Assembly: GCA_023213395.1 (NCBI GenBank)
Contig: CM041465.1
Location: 36,711,741 to 36,775,740 of the forward strand
Direction of reading: 5' to 3'
Length of the DNA: 64,000 nt
Source of the DNA: Cycas panzhihuaensis
Taxonomy: Eukaryota > Plantae > Cycadophyta
Shown here: one piece after another, positions 13,063-23,343 of the stretch
Numbering within the stretch: the stretch's first letter is position 1
How the letters are laid out: every line of letters starts with the position of its first letter
Position numbers and translations under genes: made by a program
The notes under the pieces: model-generated
What the model was told of the DNA's origin: nothing
Seen by the model: the letters and a program-made list of their open reading frames with translations, nothing else
Databases searched by the model: none

Positions 13063-16000
13063 TAACTTTAGAAGGGAAGTCAAATTGGAAATTTCTCAAG
13101 GAAATAAGATGAGTTTTTAGTTCTTAAAAAAATCTTTGAAGAAGCAATGCAGGTTGGTGCATCCTTAAACTTCCCATGCAATATCACCAAATATTTCCTA
13201 ATGTAAATATAATTAGTGCATTAGGGCTTGATCTACTACTTGCAAGTTTTGTGTGCAAAGCCAAATCCCTCTTCTGTATAATCTTATTATTGTTAGAAGA
13301 AGAGAGACTAGACATCAAGGATAATATCTACTACAAACTTCATCTCAAGACAATCATTGATCCTACATTAAAAGAAGTCACTTGATATTTCTTTATAGAT
13401 TGTTATTTAATATATCATCAATATTAAATCATCCTCCATAGGTCACTATTATGCATGAGGCTTAAGGGTGTGTCAAGAAATGTCCATCCATGCTACATCA
13501 CACAACCCACTAATGCCTTCCCCACAAGCTACAAATGGATGTGAAGGCATACACCCATTCTAATCTACTAAACTTTAAGGGATAAAGTCTACATATAACC
13601 TTCTTTAAAAGATTTATCTCTTAAGTTCAAAAGACAACAAAGAGAAAAAAGATGATCTAGTTTCTTAAACCCTCATATCTATAAGTTTTTTTCCTCTCTA
13701 TTTATGTTACGTCTACTATTCTTTTATTCTTTAAACTTCTTAATCTAATGGGCAGTATATGTTGCTATTTTTTGAGTTTTTTTAAAACATATTTTTCCTT
13801 TTAATTTTTTTTCCTACTTTAGATTCTAGTTTCAAGCATGGCAAGTTATCCCTCATAGAATCTTAGAGCCTACTTCGCATAACCTAGTTTTCTAGATTAG
13901 CATGTAGTTTCACCCTATGTAATCTAGCAATTGGCCACCATTCCATGGCAATGGTGCTAAACTGATGGGTATTTCTTAGGGTACAAAATTCCTCAAAATC
14001 ATCTTATCAAACCAAGGATATAAACTTATGAATGATGGAAAGAAATCTACCTTAGCTACCAAATCCTAAACATAAAAAACAAGTGTGTACATATACACAC
14101 AAATCGATCAAATTACCATCATATAGTTTCTCATCCCTTGATTGTTTCATTAATATTTATGAAGTAGTACAGGTATTCAGGCCATATCAAAAGCACACTC
14201 TTAATCTATAAAGGGTTCTATCTCTCAAAATGCCACATGCAAGTTATACAACTACCCACCCATTTCTTGAACTAATAAGCTTGGGGTTTTGGATGAGAGC
14301 CAAACACAAGGACACAACCCTTAGAGGCAATCTATTCTAATTTCATTTATTTAAGGAAATGAATTTATACATCATGTTGGCTATAAGTTAGTTGGGGGGG
14401 CCAACCAACTTCCAATTGACTTGGAATGAACTCTTAACTAACTATTAAAAGGCCATTTAGTCAAACAACTAAGAAGTAATTAAAAAAAAAAAAAGCAATC
14501 TCATAAATAATACCATGAGAAATAAAAGCATAATGAATAATAGAACAATTATAGTACAAACTCAAGAAATAAAACAATTCCATAAAATGTAAAGAAAACC
14601 TAAGACAAAATCTATAAACTACATAACCACCAATCAACATAATAACATGTAGTAAAAGATATTAATTCTAAAATTTTCAATAACAAAGTCTGTCAAAGAA
14701 AATAATTTCCTAAATAATACCATCATAGATAAAAGTATAATAAATGATACAACAAATAAAGCACAAGAAAAATTCATTGCAAGCAAAACAGAAAAAGAAC
14801 ACCAAAAAATATGTATCATACTAATTGAAATCATGGGCATATGGCCTTGTAATGAATATAATATAATAACATTGACAACAAACACAATCAAGAAAATGCT
14901 TCTAATAATAATACTCCTATAGAAAGAACTAAAGTAGAGAACAAAGTAAAATTAAAAACAATGCAAATGTTAAAACACCATGTAAAAAGAATATATCAAA
15001 ATGTGAAAAAATACACATCATTTTGATTGAGATCATAGGCATATAGCCTTGTAATAAACATAATTGAATAATATTTTCAACAAGAACAATTAAGCAAATA
15101 CTTTAACTAACAATAACCAAAATAAATAAATAAATGACTATTCTAAATATTTAATAACATAGTTGCCAATATAATTTTTTTGATAATAAAAATTGAAGAA
15201 ACAATCTCATAGATAATACCATCACAAATAATGCATAGTAAATAATACAATGAATAAAGTATAAACTTAAGAAACAAAATAATTACATGTGATGGTAAAG
15301 AAAATCCAAGTTATGATTTAATAACTAAAATAAGTTTTACAGTTCAAAAAACTATATGACTACCAATACATACAAAAACATGTAATAAAGGCCATTAATA
15401 TAAAAAATTCCCCTAACAAATATTATTTAAAAAATAATAATAAATAGCACCACCACAAATAAAAGTACAATAAATATTATAATAAATAAAACATGAGCAC
15501 AAATAAATATTGTTATAAGGAAATTTAAAAAAAATAATATAAAAATATAAACAAATATCCATTATACTAGATGAAGTCATAAGCATATGGCCCTGTGATA
15601 AACACAATCAAGAAACCACTTTGTCCTAACAAGGAAATGAAACAGACAATAAAACAAAATATAAACAATCATTTTATAACCCTTTGAAAATAATAATACA
15701 AACATCAAGACCAATCTAACATGATAACAATTATAAAAGTTATTTAATGTTACAATATTAAATCTAATAATTTTGTTATTAATCTATGCATAGGAAAAAT
15801 AAAAATTACAATAAAAAATAAAGAAAAGACATTTATAAAATTAATACATGATCATTCAAATACTCCAAAGGACATTAAAGACAAAGCATCTTATCACAAA
15901 AGATAATTAAAACTTGCATCATCATCATCATAATAAAACAAATTATAAGCAATTATTTTAGAACCATAAAAAAAAAAATATATAAATGTTAACCAATCTA

Positions 16001-17834
16001 ACATGGTAATACATATAGTAAATGTTAGAAAATATAATTAATGTTAATTTGTGTTGGTATTGATGATCTTAATAGTGGTTTGACTATAAATATATAATCA
16101 TTTTGGGTTAATAATTTGAGTGAGTTCTTTTATGGGCTTTTCTTAAAAGACGTTACCATGTAGATTGATGTTTATTTTATCTACAATTTTATACTTACTT
16201 ATTAATATTTTATCCTATTTTCACTTATGATCCTATGGAAAATTAAGAACATCTAAAACAATAATTATAAATCTAATAATACAATAGGTATTAAATGAAC
16301 AAGAAAAAAAAATACAAATAATATTATTAAAATAAAAAATTATTTAAAAAATCAATACATGACCTTTGAAATACTTTAGAAGACATAACCCTTTCAAATA
16401 CTCTATAAGACATCAAAGACAAAGCATCCCATCACAAAAAGAAAATTAAAACCTACCTAACCACTCTTTAATAAAATTAAGAAATAAAAAATGAGACTAT
16501 ATTCACAATTAGCATAAGAGAATCTACCACTTTATACAACTAGACATCCATTCAAAAAATAATACTAAAAGAGATACAATCCATAATTATTACTTGTACA
16601 CTCATATCTAAGTAATATCTAATATACATAATGTGTAGGATGTAATGATTGTTAATGTAATCTACGTCTAAAAGAGTAATCAATAGTAAGGACATGTGTC
16701 TTAAACATAATCTAGATAATATAAAATGTCTTTAAAAAGCCTAAAATCAAGGATGTTATCTAATATTATAACCTTTACAACACCAACAAACACATCAGAT
16801 TTGATAAAAATACCTCAAAGAAATAACATAATATTAACGACCAGTGAATAAGAGATCAGAACTAGTTGCAACAATCTAGATAACCTTCATTAATCTAAAG
16901 TAAATAATGCACGCTATGAGATGGTGTAAACACATGCGATGTAACATTTATAAATCCAAACACTAGACAAATATAAGTAGTTTTTCTAACATGTTGTTCA
17001 TACCTAAAAGTAAGGGGATTTAGACTATTACATATCTATATTTAATGTGATAAAATAATATATGATTTTTCCATGTAATAAACAATTATAAATTACTACA
17101 CTAATAAAAGAATAATAAAGTAATACTATCACAATAAGTCCTAATTACCCTCTCGCATAATGTATTCTCCTCTTATCTAAAATATCCTATATAAAAGATA
17201 CTTAAATAAATATAATATAAATATATTCTAATAATAATAATAACAACAATAACAATAATAATAATAAATAAAATAATATTATATAATATAAATAGTATTA
17301 ATATCATCTCAATATGAATAATATAAATATATGAAGCTATATAATTACAAATAGCATTTATAAATATAAGTAAGATTAGTTAGGATTCTATCATATTATA
17401 TGCACATATTTATTGAAAAGAAATACATAAAAATAACCAACTAGATAAATTTGAATGGCACTAATTAAAATAAAAAAATAAACAAGCATTTATCCATTGA
17501 TGAAAATTCATCAACTATATAGTAGAGACTACATCTCTTTAAGAATTATGTGTCACAATACCAAAACATTATCTAATGTATTCTTATCACTTAGCACAAT
17601 CAAAAGCAATAGCCTCAATGAGAAAGAACCCAAAAACTTTAACTCTAAAGCACACATTCTTCTTACACAAGAATTGTTAAAATTTTAAGAATTAGACGAG
17701 GAGCTTGTCGAGGCTCAAGACCTTCCTCCTTATGTTTAAAACACTAAGAGGGCTCTTGGTTATGATGTATAGCATGAGATCTAACATGAACAACATGGGA
17801 ATGGATAGCACATGAGATGTAGTATTATAAATTT

Positions 17835-18050
17835 TGTTAAAAATCAACCTGCAAGCAGAACAAACAGAACCAAATACCACCTCACAGGATCGAACGGTAT
17901 CCTTAAGGTACCTCCATTATATTAAGAAATATCATTACAACATTATTACAATATGATACACAAAATTGTGTATTTATAATATAAGTCATTATGGAAGAGT
18001 ATGACCCACTTGCATGTGGGATAAATCAAATGTACATTAATATTCTAACA
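17835..18050 (-). repeat. 3' LTR (216 bp)
   Basis: Direct repeat of 22619-22833; abuts the PPT (ctccccctta on plus). Confidence 0.95.
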
Positions 18051-18073
18051 CTCCCCCTTAATATGCATTTAGG

Positions 18074-19129
18074 TCATTTGTATTTGCATCGCTTTGTCCT
18101 TGGAAATGTCTTGAGAATGATGTCTTCAACCTGATCCTTGTCTTCAAACTTGTAGTGATGTCTTTGCTGTAGAATGATGTCTTTATCTTGATTTGTGTCT
18201 TCAATTATGTACTGCTGCCTTTGTAGAATGATATCTTCAGCTTGATTTCCATCTTCAATTTTGTAGTGATGATGTTGATGTAGCTTCTCTAGTAAGTATA
18301 AATCTTGTTTCTTTATTGCAGCTGGTCTAGTCTAATGAAGATCCTGTAAGTAACCATCTTCAATCACAACTTGCCTGTCATCATTATTCTGTATAAACTC
18401 TTGATCATCATGTACAATAGTGACTTCTTTAATCTTTGGAGTAAAATCTTAATCAATTAGCATACTTTTTAAACTTGAATCAATGCTTAAAGAAGGAACA
18501 TCATCAATATAAGACTCATCCGTTATGGGATTATTAGATTCAATTTCTCTTGAAATCAATTCATCACTTTCAATGTCTTCATTTGTAATCTCATCAATGC
18601 ATTCAACAGTAGAAGTTTCATCAGTGCTCAGACATTCTTCATCTCCATATGTTGTTTCATCAGTGTTGACGATACTTTCTTCATTCGTTGTACTTGTACC
18701 ATAACTAGCCTTAATTGCCTTTTCAATCATTCGTTGTGTTTCTTCAGGAGTTTGTTCAAATGCTTCCCTTAGAACATCCCAAGCTTCTTTAGCATTACTT
18801 ACATGTAGAGTCATAGGAATAGCAAAATGAAATTTGGAGGGAAGATCAATCTCATTGAATGCAGCACGAATCATAATAAATGCCATTCTATCTTTCTTCT
18901 TAAGCATTTCTTTTTCTTCATCATCATTAGGGATATCATATTCATTAGTAACAATCTTCCACAAACCTCTAGCTATGAATAGACATCTCATTTTAATTGT
19001 CCAAAAGAAGTAGTCTTCACCATTGCATTTAGGTACTGGAAGAAGCGAATCCCTTAAGTAATATTCATTTGTCTCAGGAGCATATATAACCACATCATTG
19101 TCCTCCATGATTGTAAATGCCATGTCCAT
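18074..19129 (-). pseudogene. gag: Copia gag-derived ORF (DUF4219/UBN2-like N-terminus, acidic middle, three 17-18 aa C-terminal repeats); first 226 codons open
   Basis: 'VPKCNGEDYFFWTIKMRCLFIARGLWKIV', 'KKDRMAFIMI' and 'NAKEAWDVLREAF' are Copia gag motifs. The frame continues past a TAA (18449) and a TAG to a TGA at 18074-18076, near the PPT. Confidence 0.8.
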
Positions 19130-20773
19130 ATGCCACGTCCTTTTTCAATCAATAAACTCACTTATCATTAGTAACTTGCCTACTGATCACTCTCAACAAA
19201 TTTCCTCATGTTTCAAACATCACATCATTGCATCATTGCCTTATCCATCACTAAACAGTCACAGAATTCAAACACTCACTTCACCAAACCAATGCCTCAT
19301 AACTCTCACAACCATCATATATGTCATATATCACTACCAAGACATACACTTCACTTGATTGCCCAAAACACATAACTCATGCCAGCAAAAACTCATCCTT
19401 CTTTGCCTGTTCACATCATGACACATGCCTAATTTCTTCCTTAACTCACCCAACAAAGTGTCCAACCTTGTCATGTAACCTCACATGTTACAAGGTTCAT
19501 AATTGCCAAGTCATCAATTCTCTCATGCAAACACATACAACATAAACAATAGACGTCTCTTCTGACTATTAAGTCATCTTATGCATGCCTCTTATAAGGA
19601 CCATACTCACCTCATCATATATCCACAACAAGTCTCAAGTGAATAGAGTGCAAAATATGAGTTAATATCGTCTCACATTACCAAGGTACTCTCCCATGTG
19701 AAATACATGCAAGAAGGCCTCAACAGTCACCTCATCAATACCTCATATCATCAAAGTATTCTCATATAATTGCATACAAATGAATAATGAAAGGCTCACA
19801 CTTTGTCTCATGTCATCATGTCAACATATCAAACTAAGACCTTACTTCAAAATTCACTCACTCATATCGCCATAAAACCATAACTATAAGGACTCCACTA
19901 TCAACTCAATGCCAAAGATAACAATAACTCACTTGCTTATCAATCATTACCTTGATCATAGCGCCTTCTTATTACCCTTGTCTTGCCCATGTCATGCCGT
20001 TAATTCCTCAAATTAATTTGCCATATGACTCACATGACTTAAAGTCAATTCACATCGTAACAATACATATGCAAAGAGGACTCAAAACTTAATATATATT
20101 AATGCAAATACTGGGTGACTTGGCGACGTCAATGTTACGAAAGGGCAATTTAGAGGATCACATAATAACCTTTGATTAAAGTGGACTCAACTCAAATTAT
20201 TCCAATATTCTCCCCTCTGTATCGTAACCCTCGATTTTATTATGGCGACGTATATATCATCACGACAAATCTCCCAAAGCACAAGTTGCAAATTCAAACA
20301 ACAGCGTGTAATAGTTTGATAGATGACTTGATAAGGGTGACTTGGTCTACAGTATATAAAATAAAGCTAGTTGTGTATCACGGGCAATATTACACTGCAT
20401 CAATACATATCAATACTAGAGTTGCGAGAGTTGCGTAGATGCAAGGGCAATGCAAAAATACTATGGATAAAAATATACACGTGATGATGCATAATAAAAT
20501 GACGGTTACAATATTATAAGTGGCGGTTGTGCAAATTGATTATGAAACGGTAATGGTGCAAATCAAATAATATATATGGCTATATATATAGACCATCCAT
20601 AAAGAATAATTGTTGATTCTCTACAAATTCTCAACAAAGGAATACCGACTGAGTTTACGTTAGGGTTTGGAGGTTAGATTTGAAATTAGCATTCAGATCT
20701 GCAACTATGATGTCTTTTGTCTCAACGCTGACGACGGAGATGACAGAGATATGATGACAGAGATGTACTAAAA

Positions 20774-21631
20774 TTACTCAAAAACCTCCCAGAAAGACCC
20801 CCAAAGACACAGTTTCTGCAAACCCTCCAAATTGTCGACCAGACAAATCTCCATCACAACATCTGGCATAAAACCCCAACCGCTTCCGCTAACATTTGCC
20901 AAACCCCTACTAAACAATCGCAAGCCAGGAACAAGGCAAGGGTAAGAAGAAAGTTGTTTTAAACGAAGAGGACTTCCCTGAGATTTATTTCTGTGCTCTC
21001 CAAAGTAAATACCTAAAGTCTTCTCTGAATTCACCAACCGGATTACCTTGCTGACATCGGCTTCACTTTCCCTATTTATCAATTTATGGCGACGCTTTCG
21101 ATAGTAAGTTTTCATAATTATTCGACGTGCCACAGGTTCGTTAACCAAGGCATCTGGAGTCTTATCGCAAACCAATTCAGCATGAGACGAATCAGTAATT
21201 GTTTCAGTAATACCCTTCTGAGACACGGAGCGCATAACATCTGAGCTACTACTGGAAGCCGAAGAGCTCATTGTATCAACATCCTCCAAGGATTTGAATA
21301 AGACCCCGGGACAATCAATGTGATCATTATCTGATCCATCAATAATAACACACTTGTCTGCATCATCGACATCACAGCCTCTCCTCAGTTCTACATCCGG
21401 ACGCAAACATTTCCTCTTCTTAGCACTACGCCTTTGCGAGCCCTCAATACCAGCCTTCGGCGAATCGCCAATGGCACGCTTCTCTGAACCAATAATACTT
21501 CCATCTAAACCTTGTTTTATAGCTAGTCGTTCCATCCTGTTACGAAGCTTCTGTGGAGTTTCAACGCCATCCCTCTGTGAATCGTTAAGACCACGGTTTT
21601 GACTCAGTTTTATATCTCTACAGAACTTGAG
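20774..21631 (-). pseudogene. Captured host gene fragment, likely an Enhancer-of-Polycomb-related (EPCR-type) chromatin protein; 285 open codons (253 aa from the first ATG)
   Basis: CpG-rich, genic-looking sequence. 'MKTYYRKRRH' and 'MPDVVMEICLVDNLEGLQKLCLWGSF' resemble my recollection of the plant EPCR motifs 'IVY.RRR' and 'WP.V.LEMLFVDN..GLRFLLFEGC'. Not database-verified. Confidence 0.6.
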
Positions 21632-22000
21632 TTATTTTGCAATGGTGGTATCAGTGCAGAAGCCGATTATCCATACACTGCGCATGATGGCTGATGCGAC
21701 ACCGACAAGAAGAAGACTGTTACAGTGACGATCGATGGATACGAAGATGTACTGGCCAACAGTGATGCAGATTTATTGAAAGCAGTGGCTCATCAGCCTG
21801 TTTCTGTGGCCATTGATGCAGGTGGATTTGACTTTCAATTTTACCGGTAGGGCGTGTTCACGGGAGAATGCGAGAGAAGTCTGAACCACGGAGTGGCAGT
21901 TGTGGGATACAGTGTGTCGAGGGAGGGTATAAAGTATTGGATTGGGGAGAAGATGGATATATCAGAATGTATCGAGGTATTTCTAAGCCAAGAGAGTCAC
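21628..22000 (+). pseudogene. Captured papain-family (C1A) cysteine protease fragment, C-terminal half of the mature enzyme
   Basis: Translates [88 protein letters not shown]...[16 protein letters not shown]. Two stops; the catalytic-Asn segment (KNSWG) is deleted. Confidence 0.95.
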
Positions 22001-22253
22001 AGAGTCAGTAGGATGCGGGCTGATCTTTACTTCAAATTCATTAAGTGACGCACAATCGATATACGGTAACACACAGGTGATTCAAGATGGTGCGATGTAT
22101 TAATACATGGTTTGCCAATGTTTTAAATAGAGGTTGAACGAAATATATTAGCTGGGCAGACAGGATATTATCACAGATCACAGCAAGGGCGAATATAGAC
22201 AACAGATCACGATAGGGTAAATATAGACGACGATAGTATTAATGGACAGTAAA

Positions 22254-22347
22254 TACATTCACACAATGAATATATTCAACTCTATAGTTTATATTTCATA
22301 TACATTCACACAATGAATATATTCAACTCTATAGTTTATATTTCATA
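22254..22347. repeat. Perfect 47-bp tandem duplication
   Basis: tacattcacacaatgaatatattcaactctatagtttatatttcata x2. Confidence 0.95.
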
Positions 22348-22618
22348 TAGGGCAGATTGAAGAAAATTAGGTAATAAATATACTGAGCATACCTCAAATA
22401 TTGACTGCACTACAACTGACCTGCTAGGGTTTTACATTTTTCATAGCTCAATGGAAGTTGACAACATCTCCAGGGCATAGTAGCATCGTCAAGAGAATGG
22501 GCATCAACAGCTCTACAGATCCACCTCCTTACATGCCAACAGAATTAGGGTTCAACCAACACCTAGTTCAACCTCACTTCCTGTCACTCAAACTTACTTC
22601 ACCTTAGCTCTGATACCA

Positions 22619-22833
22619 TGTTAAAATCAACTTGCAAGCAAAACAAACAGAACCCAACACCACCTCACAGGATCAAACGGTACCCTTAAGGTACCTCCAT
22701 TGTATTAAGAAATATCATTACAACATTATTACAATATGATACATAAAATTGTGTATTTATAATATAAGTCATTATGGAAGAGTATGACCCACTTGCATGT
22801 GGCATAAATCAAATGTACATTAATATCCTAACA
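22619..22833 (-). repeat. 5' LTR (215 bp)
   Basis: Direct repeat of 17835-18050; abuts the PBS gctctgatacca. Confidence 0.95.
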
Positions 22834-23343
22834 AATTTGAATAGATGGCATAGTATGAGGAGATTTATTAGCCCTAGAGGTAGGCATCCTTCCTAATTTG
22901 GTGTTTATTCTAGAATCCCCTCTTTCTCTTCTAATCAGGACGGAGGTGCTTATAGGAAGTGAAATGAAAGAGACAAATATCATGTTAGAAACTCAAAATC
23001 TTTAGGCTAATAAAGAGCATCAGGTGATGAGGGAGATGAATGCTAATATAGATGATCTTAAAGGTGGAGGGGCAATGTTACCTAAAGCCAAGAGTAGTAT
23101 TATACTAGATTTAGTTCATGAAGTCTAAATAGATTATAAGGACATAGATAAAAATAAGGGTAGAAAACTTAATAATGAAATTCATACTTTGGAAACCAGA
23201 GGGCTAGAAAGTGGGACATAAGCTCAATTGACTTTTTATATCAGTAAAAAGCAAGCTCTAGAAACTACTCATTACGGTGAAATCCATAGTCAATCTAAAG
23301 GTGGATCAAAATTAAGAAAGGGACCTACCTATTTTGGGAAGAA

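Larger units (their letters stand above)
17835..22833 (-). mobile_element. Non-autonomous Copia-type LTR retrotransposon carrying captured host gene fragments and a 3'-located gag-derived ORF
   Basis: LTRs 17835-18050 and 22619-22833 (about 10 substitutions plus 1 indel in 215 bp), TG...CA ends. Perfect TSD AATTT (17830-17834 / 22834-22838). Met PBS 22607-22618; PPT 18051-18060. No pol motifs. Confidence 0.95.
13069..22843. repeat. Tandem duplication unit 2, interrupted near its end by the 17835-22833 element
   Basis: Same start as unit 1. The unit-1 ending 'ataaatttgaata' is split by the insertion with AATTT duplicated. Confidence 0.93.

Noticed and set aside
17887-17897. Pol III B-box-like GTTCGATCC in the LTR (Cassandra/SINE-like promoter?)
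   Set aside because: No A-box or 5S/tRNA body is visible, and the motif is altered in the other three LTRs.
21354-21602. 82-aa plus-strand ORF
   Set aside because: Antisense shadow of the EPCR-like frame.
21854-22048. 64-aa ORF as a functional protease gene
   Set aside because: It is part of a fragment lacking the catalytic Cys region and the Asn segment, with stops and a frameshift.
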